Source: Roseovarius sp.
GTDB taxonomy: Bacteria; Pseudomonadota; Alphaproteobacteria; Rhodobacterales; Rhodobacteraceae
NCBI GenBank assembly: GCA_016278295.1
Contig: JADQCC010000229.1
Location: 1 to 46,877, forward strand
Reading direction: 5' to 3'
Length of the DNA stretch: 46,877 nucleotides
The translations under genes and the position numbers were made by a program. The notes under the pieces are model-generated. The model searched no databases, was not told the DNA's origin, and was given only the letters and a program-made list of their open reading frames with translations. Shown in pieces: positions 1 to 9,748 of this stretch (positions are counted from its first letter, which is position 1; the number at the start of each line of letters is the position of its first letter).

Positions 1-805
1 GGGCGGCGGCGGGGGCCGGTTTCGGGGCGGAGCCGGCGCGTGCCACGTCCTCTTTCATCACGCGGCCGTCGCGGCCGGAGCCCTCGACCTGATCGCGGCT
101 GATGCCCGCCTCGGCCATCGCCTTTTTCGCCGAGGGGGCATCCTCGACATCCTTGCCCGAGGATTTTGCGGGGGATTTTGCGGAGGATTTGGCCGAGGTT
201 TTGGCGGGGGCGTCACCGTCGCCCTCGCTGGCCTTGGCGGGGGCCGCCGCGCCCGCGCCCGAGGACATGAGCGCGAGCTTGCCGCCCGCCTGCACGGTCT
301 CGCCCTCGGCGGCCAGGATTTCCGTCAGCGTGCCAGCGGCGGGGGCGGGCACCTCGACCGAGACCTTGTCGGTCTCAAGCTCGCACAGCATCTCGTCGGC
401 CTCGACGGCATCACCCACCGCCTTGAACCATGTGGCGACGGTGGCCTCGGTCACGCTCTCGCCGAGGGTGGGGACCATGACGTCGATGCTCTGGCCGGAG
501 CCGCCGCCGCTGTCCTTCGGGGCCTCGGCCTCGGTTTTCCTGTCTTCCTTGGGGGCGGGTTTGCCCGCGCCTGCGGTGATGGTGGCGAGCAGGGCATCGA
601 CGCCCACGGTTTCGCCCTCCTGCGCGACGATCTCGCCCAGCGTGCCGGCGGCGGGGGCGGGCACCTCGACCGTTACCTTGTCGGTTTCCAGCTCGCACAG
701 CATCTCGTCGGCGGCGACGCTGTCGCCGGGTTTCTTGAACCAGGTGGCGACGGTCGCCTCGGAGACGGATTCGCCCAGGGTGGGGACACGGACTTCGGTG
801 CTCAT
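1..805 (-). CDS. sucB: 2-oxoglutarate dehydrogenase E2 (dihydrolipoamide succinyltransferase), N-terminal part; runs off the window start
   Basis: ATG at 805 gives [28 protein letters not shown]; two lipoyl domains ([24 protein letters not shown]) and an E3-binding segment ([13 protein letters not shown]); directly downstream of sucA. Confidence 0.95.
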   Translation of the reverse strand, partial: MSTEVRVPTLGESVSEATVATWFKKPGDSVAADEMLCELETDKVTVEVPAPAAGTLGEIVAQEGETVGVDALLATITAGAGKPAPKEDRKTEAEAPKDSGGGSGQSIDVMVPTLGESVTEATVATWFKAVGDAVEADEMLCELETDKVSVEVPAPAAGTLTEILAAEGETVQAGGKLALMSSGAGAAAPAKASEGDGDAPAKTSAKSSAKSPAKSSGKDVEDAPSAKKAMAEAGISRDQVEGSGRDGRVMKEDVARAGSAPKPAPAAA

Positions 806-808
806 CAC

Positions 809-3769
809 TTATTTCCCTTCGATGGTCAGCGCGGCATCCACCAGCGCCTCTTGTTGTGCTTTGTGCTGCGTTGCGAGGCCCGTGGCGGGCGAGGCGGCGG
901 CGGGGCGCCCGGCGTATTGGGGCCGCTTGTGCCTGGCCTTGATGCGGGTGAGAACCCATTCGATATTCGGCTCGATGAACGACCAGGCGCCCTGGTTCTT
1001 GGGCTCTTCCTGGCACCAGACCATTTCCGCCTGCTTGAAGCGCTCCAGCTCCTTGACCATCGACATGGCCGGGAAGGGGTAGAACTGCTCTATCCGCATC
1101 AGGTAGACATCGTCGATGCCGCGCTTGTCGCGCTCTTCGAGCAGGTCGTAATAGACCTTGCCCGAGCACATGACCACGCGCTTTATCTTCTTGTCGGGGA
1201 CAAGCTCTGTGTCGGAATTGCCGTATTGGGCATCGTCCCACAGCACCCGGTGAAACGACGAGCCGGTGGTGAAATCCGCCGCGGTCGAGACCGCCATCTT
1301 GTGCCGCAGGAGCGATTTCGGCGTCATCAGGATGAGCGGCTTGCGGAAGGTGCGGTAAAGCTGGCGGCGCAGGATGTGGAAGTAGTTGGCCGGGGTGGTG
1401 CAGTTGGCCACGATCCAGTTGTCGCCGCCGCACATCGTCAGGAACCGTTCCAGCCGGGCCGAGGAGTGTTCGGGGCCCTGCCCTTCGTAGCCGTGGGGCA
1501 GCAGGCAGACGAGGCCCGACATGCGCAGCCATTTCGATTCGCCCGAGGAAATGAACTGGTCGAACATGATCTGCGCGCCGTTGGCGAAATCGCCGAACTG
1601 CGCCTCCCACAGGGTGAGGGCCTTGGGCTCGGCGAGGGAATAGCCGTATTCGAACCCGAGCACGGCGTATTCCGAGAGCATCGAGTCGATGACCTCGTAT
1701 TGCGCCTGGCCCTCGCGGATATCGTTGAGCGGGTAGTAGCGGTCCTCGGTCTCCTGGTCGATCAGGCCGGAATGGCGCTGGCTGAAGGTGCCGCGGGTGC
1801 TGTCCTGACCCGAGAGGCGGACGCGGTAGCCCTCGGTCAGCAGCGAGCCGAAGGCGATCGCCTCGGCGGTGGCCCAGTCAAAGCCCTCGCCGGTCTCGAA
1901 CATCCGGGCCTTGGCGTCGAGCAGGCGGCCCACGGTCTTGTGCAGGTTGAAGCCTTCGGGCGCGCGGGTCAGCGCGGCGCCGATCTCCTTGAGCGTTTCG
2001 GGCTTGATCGAGGTCTCGCCGCGCTCGTAATCGCCCTTGTGGGGGTTCAGGTCGGACCACACGCCGTCGAGCCAGTCGGCCTTGTTGGGGCGATAGTCCT
2101 TGCCCGCCTCGAACTCGTCGGCGAGATGCGACTGGAACGCCGCCTTCAAGTCCTCGACCTCGCCCTCGGGGATGAGGCCGTCCTGCACCAGCCGGTCGGT
2201 ATAGAGGGCGAGCGTGGTTTTCTGCTGCTTGATCTTCTTGTACATCAGGGGGTTGGTGAACATCGGCTCGTCCCCCTCGTTATGGCCGAAGCGGCGGTAG
2301 CAGATGATGTCGATGACCACGTCCTTGTGGAATTTCTGGCGAAATTCCGTGGCGACGCGGGCGGCGTGGACCACCGCCTCGGGGTCGTCGCCGTTGACGT
2401 GGAAGATCGGCGCCTCGACCATCAGCGCGATATCGGTGGGATAGGGCGAGGAGCGCGAGAAGTGCGGTGCCGTGGTAAAGCCGATCTGGTTGTTGACCAC
2501 GATGTGCATGGTGCCGCCGGTGCGGTGCCCCTTGAGCCCCGACAGGCCGAAGCACTCTGCCACCACGCCCTGCCCGGCAAAGGCCGCGTCGCCATGCAGC
2601 AGGATGGGCAGCACCTTGGTGCGCTCGGTGTCGTTCAACTGGTCCTGCTTGGCGCGGACCTTGCCGATGACCACCGGGTTCACCGCTTCGAGGTGCGAGG
2701 GGTTGGCGGTGAGCGACAGGTGCACGGTGTTGCCGTCGAACTCGCGGTCGTGGCTGGCGCCGAGGTGGTATTTCACGTCGCCCGATCCGTCGACATCCTC
2801 GGGTTTGAAGCTGCCGCCCTGGAACTCGTGGAACAATGCGCGATAGGGCTTGCCCATCACGTTGGCGAGGACGTTCAGCCGCCCGCGGTGCGGCATGCCG
2901 ATGACGATGTCCCGCACGCCGAGCTGGCCGCCGCGCTTGATGATCTGCTCCATCGCCGGGACCAGGCTCTCGGCTCCGTCGAGGCCGAAGCGCTTGGTGC
3001 CCATGTATTTGACATGGAGGTATTTCTCGAAACCCTCGGCCTCGACCATCTTGTTCAGGATTGCCTTGCGGCCGTTGCGGGTAAAGCTGATTTCCTTGTC
3101 GTAGCCCTCGATCCGTTCCTTGAGCCAGCCGGATTGCTCGGGATCGGAGATGTGCATGTATTGCAGCGCGAAGGTGCCGCAATAGGTGCGCTTTACGATG
3201 GCGAGAATCTCGCGCAGCGACGCGACCTCGAGCCCGAGCACGTTGTCGATAAAGATCGGACGGTCCATGTCGCCCTCGGTGAACCCGTAGGATTTCGGGT
3301 CGAGCTCGGGGCGGTGGCCGTGATCGCGCAGGCCAAGCGGGTCAAGCTCTGCGATGAGGTGGCCGCGGATACGGTAGGCGCGGATTAGCATGAGCGCGCG
3401 CACCGAGTCGAGGACCGCGCGCTTGATCGCCTCGTCGGTGACCTCGACGCCCTTGTCGGCGGCCTTGGCGGCGATCTTCTTGCCAGCGTCCTTTAGCTCT
3501 GCCTCGGCGGGCCATTCGCCGGTCAGCGCGGCGGTCAGGTCGTCGGCGGGCTGCGGCGGCCAGTCGCCGCGCGCCCAGGAGGGGCCGGCGGCCTCGCGCG
3601 TCACCTCTGATCCGGGATCGCCCAGATCGTCGAAGAACGTCTTCCACGCCTCGTCCACCGCACCGGGATCGCTGGCGTAGCGTGCGTAGAGTTGCTCGAG
3701 ATACTCGGCGTTGTGCCCCTGCATGAAGGAGGAGGCGTGGAACTGGTCGTTGGAAGATTGGTCGGTCAT
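809..3769 (-). CDS. sucA: 2-oxoglutarate dehydrogenase E1 component
   Basis: 986 aa; motifs GTKRFGLDG, GMPHRGRLN, HGDAAFAGQG, LWEAQFGDF, PHGYEGQGPEHSSAR. Confidence 0.98.
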   Translation of the reverse strand: MTDQSSNDQFHASSFMQGHNAEYLEQLYARYASDPGAVDEAWKTFFDDLGDPGSEVTREAAGPSWARGDWPPQPADDLTAALTGEWPAEAELKDAGKKIAAKAADKGVEVTDEAIKRAVLDSVRALMLIRAYRIRGHLIAELDPLGLRDHGHRPELDPKSYGFTEGDMDRPIFIDNVLGLEVASLREILAIVKRTYCGTFALQYMHISDPEQSGWLKERIEGYDKEISFTRNGRKAILNKMVEAEGFEKYLHVKYMGTKRFGLDGAESLVPAMEQIIKRGGQLGVRDIVIGMPHRGRLNVLANVMGKPYRALFHEFQGGSFKPEDVDGSGDVKYHLGASHDREFDGNTVHLSLTANPSHLEAVNPVVIGKVRAKQDQLNDTERTKVLPILLHGDAAFAGQGVVAECFGLSGLKGHRTGGTMHIVVNNQIGFTTAPHFSRSSPYPTDIALMVEAPIFHVNGDDPEAVVHAARVATEFRQKFHKDVVIDIICYRRFGHNEGDEPMFTNPLMYKKIKQQKTTLALYTDRLVQDGLIPEGEVEDLKAAFQSHLADEFEAGKDYRPNKADWLDGVWSDLNPHKGDYERGETSIKPETLKEIGAALTRAPEGFNLHKTVGRLLDAKARMFETGEGFDWATAEAIAFGSLLTEGYRVRLSGQDSTRGTFSQRHSGLIDQETEDRYYPLNDIREGQAQYEVIDSMLSEYAVLGFEYGYSLAEPKALTLWEAQFGDFANGAQIMFDQFISSGESKWLRMSGLVCLLPHGYEGQGPEHSSARLERFLTMCGGDNWIVANCTTPANYFHILRRQLYRTFRKPLILMTPKSLLRHKMAVSTAADFTTGSSFHRVLWDDAQYGNSDTELVPDKKIKRVVMCSGKVYYDLLEERDKRGIDDVYLMRIEQFYPFPAMSMVKELERFKQAEMVWCQEEPKNQGAWSFIEPNIEWVLTRIKARHKRPQYAGRPAAASPATGLATQHKAQQEALVDAALTIEGK

Positions 3770-3841
3770 GATGGCACCTCGGAGGAGCTTGGAACCTTGC
3801 GTGTCTGGGCAGGCCGGGGATGCCCCGGCCCGCCGAATGCG

Positions 3842-4723
3842 TCACCCGATCGCTTCGAGCACGGCCTCGCCCAGACCGGCGGGGCTATCGGCGACGACGA
3901 TCCCGGCGGAGCGCATCGCCTCGATCTTGTCGTCGGCGCCGCCCTTGCCGCCCGCGACGATGGCGCCGGCGTGGCCCATGCGGCGGCCCGGAGGGGCGGT
4001 GCGCCCGGCGATGAAACCGGCAACCGGCTTCTTGCGGCCCTTCCTGGCCTCGTCTTTCAGGAACTGTGCGGCGTCCTCTTCGGCGGAGCCGCCGATTTCG
4101 CCGATCATGATGATGCTCTCGGTCTCGTCATCGGCGAGGAACCATTCCAGCACGTCGATATGCTCGGTTCCCTTGATCGGGTCGCCGCCGATGCCGATGC
4201 AGGTGGATTGCCCGAGGCCCGCATCGGTGGTCTGCTTGACCGCCTCGTAGGTGAGCGTGCCGGAGCGCGAGACCACGCCGCAGGAGCCGCGCTTGTGGAT
4301 ATGGCCGGGCATGATGCCGATCTTGCAGGCGTCGGGCGTAATGATGCCGGGGCAGTTGGGGCCGATCAGGACCGATTTGCTGTCCATCAGCGCGCGCTTG
4401 ACGCGCATCATGTCGAGCACGGGGATGCCCTCGGTGATGCACACGATCAACTCCATCTCGGCGTCGAGCGCCTCGAGGATGGAATCGGCGGCAAAGGGCG
4501 GGGGCACGTAGATGACGGAGGCGTTGGCCCCTGTCGCGTGTTTCGCCTCATGCACCGAGTTGAACACCGGCAGGTCGAGATGCGTGGTGCCGCCCTTGCC
4601 GGGGGTCACGCCGCCGACCATCTGCGTGCCATAGGCGATGGCCTGTTCGGAGTGGAACGTGCCCTGGCTTCCGGTGAGCCCCTGACAGATGACCTTGGTT
4701 TCCTTGTTTACGAGGACTGCCAT
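3842..4723 (-). CDS. sucD: succinyl-CoA synthetase alpha subunit
   Basis: 293 aa; [34 protein letters not shown] (phospho-His). Confidence 0.98.
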   Translation of the reverse strand: MAVLVNKETKVICQGLTGSQGTFHSEQAIAYGTQMVGGVTPGKGGTTHLDLPVFNSVHEAKHATGANASVIYVPPPFAADSILEALDAEMELIVCITEGIPVLDMMRVKRALMDSKSVLIGPNCPGIITPDACKIGIMPGHIHKRGSCGVVSRSGTLTYEAVKQTTDAGLGQSTCIGIGGDPIKGTEHIDVLEWFLADDETESIIMIGEIGGSAEEDAAQFLKDEARKGRKKPVAGFIAGRTAPPGRRMGHAGAIVAGGKGGADDKIEAMRSAGIVVADSPAGLGEAVLEAIG

Positions 4724-4796
4724 TTCTCTGGCTCCTTCCTTTGGTGTTGCTGTTTGTCGTCAGGAGCGCCTGGGCGACGCGCCTTGCATGGGTGGA

Positions 4797-5474
4797 TCAG
4801 GGGGCCTTCTTCTCGGCTGCATGTCGGTCCAGAGCCTCGACCACCTGCGCGCGCGACCACAGGCCCATCGACCGCTGACGGCGGCCGCGGGCGGTGTCGA
4901 GAAACGCGGGGTCAAGATTGATTTCCCCGGTTTCGGGGATGGTCTCCAACGGGTCGGGCAGGTTGAACGGCGCAATGCACGGGTTGAAGGGCGCAAAGCC
5001 GCCATTCTTGTTCAGCCGTCGGTTCACCGGCGTGTGGTGGATGCTGGTGAGCAGGTACGGGATGCCGCTCTCCACGAAATTCTCGAAGAATTTCCAGCGC
5101 AGCCACCACTTGAGGTGAAACAGGCAATCACGGCACATCATCATGTCGACCCGTGGCAAGGGGTCGGCGGTGATGTCGAGATGGACGAATTCGCGGCCCG
5201 GACCCGCGTGTTGGGCAGCCACCGCATCGAGCACGTCGCGGGCGATATCGGCGCCGATGTAATGGACATCGCCCAGATCGACATGCTGCATCCAGAACCA
5301 GTCGCCGCAGGGCGCGTCGAGGAAGCGGCGCACGTTGTGGCGTGCCAGCAGCCCCGGTAGCGCGGCGCGCAGGGCGCTCGTGGCCTCGAGCGTGGAGCCC
5401 GAGCCGGAGCGCGATTCGACCTTACGCCCCGACCAGTCCTTGGCCTCGAATTCCGATCTCAGAGCGTCACGCAT
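4797..5474 (-). CDS. class I SAM-dependent methyltransferase (passenger gene between sucC and sucD)
   Basis: 225 aa; SRSGSGST leader, motif I-like LDAPCGD, YIGADI, LDIT, CRDCLFHL. Confidence 0.8.
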   Translation of the reverse strand: MRDALRSEFEAKDWSGRKVESRSGSGSTLEATSALRAALPGLLARHNVRRFLDAPCGDWFWMQHVDLGDVHYIGADIARDVLDAVAAQHAGPGREFVHLDITADPLPRVDMMMCRDCLFHLKWWLRWKFFENFVESGIPYLLTSIHHTPVNRRLNKNGGFAPFNPCIAPFNLPDPLETIPETGEINLDPAFLDTARGRRQRSMGLWSRAQVVEALDRHAAEKKAP

Positions 5475-5514
5475 GGGATGCCCCTTCCGCCTCTGGCCGC
5501 GGCGCGCCGCGTAC

Positions 5515-5643
5515 TCACCCCTTCACCGCCTTCACGATCTTCTGGGCGCCATACGCGATGGCCTGTTCGGAGTGGAAGGTGCCTTGCGAGCCGGTGAGGC
5601 CCTGACAGATGACACGGGTGGTTTGGTCTACGAGTACGGCCAT
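5515..5643 (-). pseudogene. chimeric 42-aa mini-ORF: SucD N-terminus (about 31 aa) fused to SucC C-terminus (11 aa)
   Basis: Reads [42 protein letters not shown]-stop with a GGAG RBS; matches the sucD start (4628-4723) and sucC end (5989-6024) in this window. Confidence 0.93.
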
Positions 5644-5655
5644 GTGTTTGGCTCC

Positions 5656-5982
5656 TTAGTTAATTACTGTGACGCGGAAAGAACGCTGGCTTAGCCGCTC
5701 AAAGAAAAGTCGCGTTCCGTCGCGTGCGCCATGAAGCTGGTAAAACTTTCCAACGGCATCCTTGGCTCGGATCCGAAGAAGCATTTTGTCTTCTGCAATG
5801 TCGGTCTCGAATTTTCCCACACCATCTAGATCAACCTCAATGGGGTTGCCGGAGTACGATTTATTGCCGCCCCCTAGTGCATCTTTTGGAAATAACTCTG
5901 CGATTTGACGAACGGGAATGTGGCTATTGTCGATATTCCCGTTCGTGATTCTTATCGCAAGACCGTCCACGCGTGAGGACAT
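5656..5982 (-). CDS. hypothetical 108-aa protein, low GC, possibly a stand-alone B3/pseudobarrel-like DNA-binding domain
   Basis: Intact ORF starting 6 nt after the sucC stop; visibly AT-richer than the flanks; pattern [11 protein letters not shown]...FPKDALGG...ETDI...FFERL...FRV. Confidence 0.7.
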   Translation of the reverse strand: MSSRVDGLAIRITNGNIDNSHIPVRQIAELFPKDALGGGNKSYSGNPIEVDLDGVGKFETDIAEDKMLLRIRAKDAVGKFYQLHGARDGTRLFFERLSQRSFRVTVIN

Positions 5983-5988
5983 TTCAAT

Positions 5989-7182
5989 TTACCCCTTCAC
6001 AGCCTTCACGATCTTCTGGGCGCCGTCCTTGAGGTCGTCGGCGGCGATCACGTCGAGGCCGGAGGTGTTGATGATCTCCTTGCCTTTTTCCACGTTCGTG
6101 CCTTCGAGACGGACCACCAGCGGCACCTTGAGGCCCACCTCTTTCACCGCGGCGACCACGCCCTCGGCGATCACGTCGCAGCGCATGATGCCGCCGAAGA
6201 TGTTGACCAGGATGCCCTTGACGTTGGAATCCGAGGTGATGATCTTGAACGCCTCGGTGACCTTTTCCTTGGTCGCGCCGCCGCCCACGTCGAGGAAGTT
6301 GGCAGGCTCGGCGCCGTAGAGCTTGATGATATCCATCGTGGCCATCGCGAGGCCCGCGCCGTTGACCATGCAGCCGATCTCGCCGTCGAGGGCGATGTAG
6401 TTGAGATCATATTTGGAGGCTTCGAGCTCCTTGGGATCTTCTTCGGTGGTGTCGCGCAGCTCGGCGATGTCGGAGTGGCGGTAGATGGCGTTGGAATCAA
6501 AACCCATCTTGGCATCCAGGCACTTGAGATCGCCCTTGTCGGTAACGATGAGCGGGTTGATCTCGAGCATCTCCATGTCCTTTTCGATGAACATGCGGTA
6601 GAGCGTGCCCATCAGCGCCACGCATTGCTTGACCTGCGGGCCCCTGAGGCCGAGGGAAAAGGCGATGCGGCGGCCGTGGAACGGCTGATAGCCGGTCGCC
6701 GGGTCGACCGAGAAGCTGAGGATTTTCTCGGGTGTCCTGGCGGCGACCTCCTCGATATCCATGCCGCCCTCGGTGGAGGCGACGAAGCTCACCCGGCTGG
6801 TGCCGCGATCCACGAGCAGGGCGAGGTACATCTCTGTCTCGATGCCCGACCCGTCCTCTATATAGATGCGGTTGACCTGCTTGCCCGCGGGGCCGGTCTG
6901 CTTGGTCACGAGCGTGCGCCCGAGCATCCGGCGCGCCTCTTCGGCGGCCTCTTCGACGGATTTGGCAAGGCGCACGCCGCCCGCCTCGCCGGCGCCGGCC
7001 TCCTTGAACGTGCCCTTGCCGCGTCCGCCCGCGTGAATCTGTGCCTTGACGACCCAAAGCGGCCCGTCGAGCGCGCCTGCTGCGGTCTTGGCCTCTTCGC
7101 CGCGCAGGACCACGCGACCATCCGACACCGGCGCGCCAAAAGAGCGCAGGAGCGCCTTGGCCTGATACTCGTGGATATTCAT
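5989..7182 (-). CDS. sucC: succinyl-CoA synthetase beta subunit
   Basis: MNIHEYQAK start, [38 protein letters not shown]. Confidence 0.98.
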   Translation of the reverse strand: MNIHEYQAKALLRSFGAPVSDGRVVLRGEEAKTAAGALDGPLWVVKAQIHAGGRGKGTFKEAGAGEAGGVRLAKSVEEAAEEARRMLGRTLVTKQTGPAGKQVNRIYIEDGSGIETEMYLALLVDRGTSRVSFVASTEGGMDIEEVAARTPEKILSFSVDPATGYQPFHGRRIAFSLGLRGPQVKQCVALMGTLYRMFIEKDMEMLEINPLIVTDKGDLKCLDAKMGFDSNAIYRHSDIAELRDTTEEDPKELEASKYDLNYIALDGEIGCMVNGAGLAMATMDIIKLYGAEPANFLDVGGGATKEKVTEAFKIITSDSNVKGILVNIFGGIMRCDVIAEGVVAAVKEVGLKVPLVVRLEGTNVEKGKEIINTSGLDVIAADDLKDGAQKIVKAVKG

Positions 7183-7289
7183 GAAACTGTCCCGTTTTGC
7201 TGCGATTAACACAGGTATAGGCACAGATTCGTGCGCGCATTAAATGGTTTTTTGCGCTTTCGCGGCAATTGGGGCAAATTTCGAGGTTT

Positions 7290-7320
7290 TGTGATCACGG
7301 CGGCAAATCGTGTGATCACA
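7290..7320. promoter_or_regulatory. tandem palindromes TGTGATCACG / TGTGATCACA upstream of sucC
   Basis: TGTGATCACG at 7290-7299 and perfect TGTGATCACA at 7311-7320, 21 bp apart, in the AT-rich sucC promoter region. Confidence 0.5.
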
Positions 7321-7350
7321 AACGCGGCTGAAGGGAATTTATCCAGCCTG

Positions 7351-7384
7351 AAATGAATCGGGGCTGGAAATTATCCAGCCCCGA
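7351..7384 (-). terminator. intrinsic terminator of mdh
   Basis: Perfect 11-bp stem TCGGGGCTGGA/TCCAGCCCCGA (7358-7384) with a 5-nt loop, followed by TTCATTT on the minus strand, 22 nt after the mdh stop. Confidence 0.7.
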
Positions 7385-7406
7385 ACCACATATAGCGGTC
7401 GATCTG

Positions 7407-8559
<1,153 letters not shown>

Positions 8560-8640
8560 CTGTGTCGCGGGCCAATGCCGGTACTTTAAATGCAAAAATC
8601 GCCGCTGCCGACGGTAGAGATGGCATGGGCATCAAGATTT

Positions 8641-8674
8641 TGGTATCCCATCCGGGAAATTTTGGTATACCAAA
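8641..8674. promoter_or_regulatory. two GntR/FadR-type operator palindromes
   Basis: TGGTATCCCA (8641-8650, one mismatch) and TTTGGTATACCAAA (8661-8674) upstream of the ltnD-otn-RLP operon. Confidence 0.8.
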
Positions 8675-8771
8675 CGAGAAAAGCCGATCGCGTCGCGATG
8701 GGGCGTGACGGCGCAAGCGGCTGCCATCTCGGTCAAGTCCGCACCGTCCGGGCGAGGGAGGACGAAGCGTT

Positions 8772-8860
8772 ATGTCGGTTTCAAGAAGGTCGCGGTCATC
8801 GGGCCGGGCTCTGCGATGCAAGCAACCACCCAATCGCCGACCGGAAAGGGCGCGGCATGA
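8772..8860 (+). pseudogene. ltnD: remnant of an L-threonate dehydrogenase-like gene (head and tail only)
   Basis: GGAGG RBS and ATG at 8772; after a frameshift reads KKVAVIGPGS (decayed Rossmann GxGxxG start), then ...PTGKGAA-stop overlapping the otnK ATG (ATGA); position matches ltnD-otnK-otnC-otnI operons. Confidence 0.5.
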
Positions 8861-8979
8861 GCACTGTTCTGGGCTGTATCGCGGACGATTTCACCGGCGC
8901 CACCGATTTGGCCGGATTGCTGGCACCCGAGCAGGTGCGGAAGGGTGTCACGACATTCGATGTGGAGTGGGACGAATGA
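8857..8979 (+). pseudogene. otnK: 40-aa deletion fusion of 3-oxo-tetronate kinase N-terminus to a probable class II aldolase/decarboxylase (OtnC) C-terminus
   Basis: MSTVLGCIADDFTGATDLAGLLA is the hallmark OtnK/DUF1537 start; it continues PEQVRKGVTTFDVEWDE-stop, overlapping the otnI ATG. Confidence 0.75.
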
Positions 8980-9748
8980 AGTTTTCCGCAAATCTCGGGT
9001 TCCTTTGGAATGACCGCCCCTGCCCGATGCCATTCACGCCGCGCATGCGGCGGGGTTCGATGCTGTCGAATGCCACTGGCCGTATGATGTCTGTCCCGGT
9101 TCGGTTCAGGCGGCCCTGGAGGATACGGGCCTGCGAATGCTTGGCCTGAACACGCGCCGCGGGGATGTCGCCGCTGGCGAAAACGGATTGTCCGCCCTGC
9201 CTGACCGCCAAACCGATGCGCGCGCGGCGATTGACAAGGCGGTGTCTTGTGCGACCCGGATCAATGCCGCGAATATTCACGTGATGGCCGGCTTCGCGAG
9301 AGGGGACAACGCGCTGGACACGTTCGTCGGGAACCTTCGCCACGCCTGCGCGGCGGCGGCGGCGCAGGGCATCACGATCCTGATAGAGCCGCTCAATCGC
9401 CACGACGCGCCCGGCTATTTCCTTCAGACCACGGATCAGGCCGCCGCGATCATGGATCAGGTGGCGGCGCCGAATTTGCGCCTGATGTTCGACTGCGACC
9501 ACGTTCAGCGCAACGAAGGCGATGTGACGACCCGTTTGCGCGCCCTCTTGCCGCAAGCGGGGCATATTCAGGTCGCCTCCGCGCCCGACAGGGGCACGCC
9601 GGATCATGGCGAACTGAATTACACGCATGTCTTTGCCACCGTGCAAGAGCTCGGATGGGACGCGCCGCTTGGCGTCGAATACAAATCCAGCCGACCGACG
9701 GATAACACGCTGGGCTGGATGTCGGCATTTCGGAGGGCTGCGGCATGA
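8976..9748 (+). pseudogene. otnI: hydroxypyruvate isomerase family (2-oxo-tetronate isomerase), frameshifted
   Basis: MKFSANLGFLW start; 773 nt, one base short, frameshift near 9016-9020 (CGCCCC TGCCC); IEPLNRHDAPGYFL, MFDCDH (usually Y), PDRGTPDHGE. Confidence 0.8.

Noticed and set aside
102-3388. Long plus-strand ORFs (102-1082, 851-3388) and similar ones such as 42117-43709, 18600-19742 and 30407-31828
   Set aside because: Antisense shadows of real high-GC genes with no recognisable motifs.
4761-4792. Possible REP-like element (GCGCCTTGCATG) between the methyltransferase and sucD
   Set aside because: Single degenerate copy with a weak stem; cannot be supported from this window.
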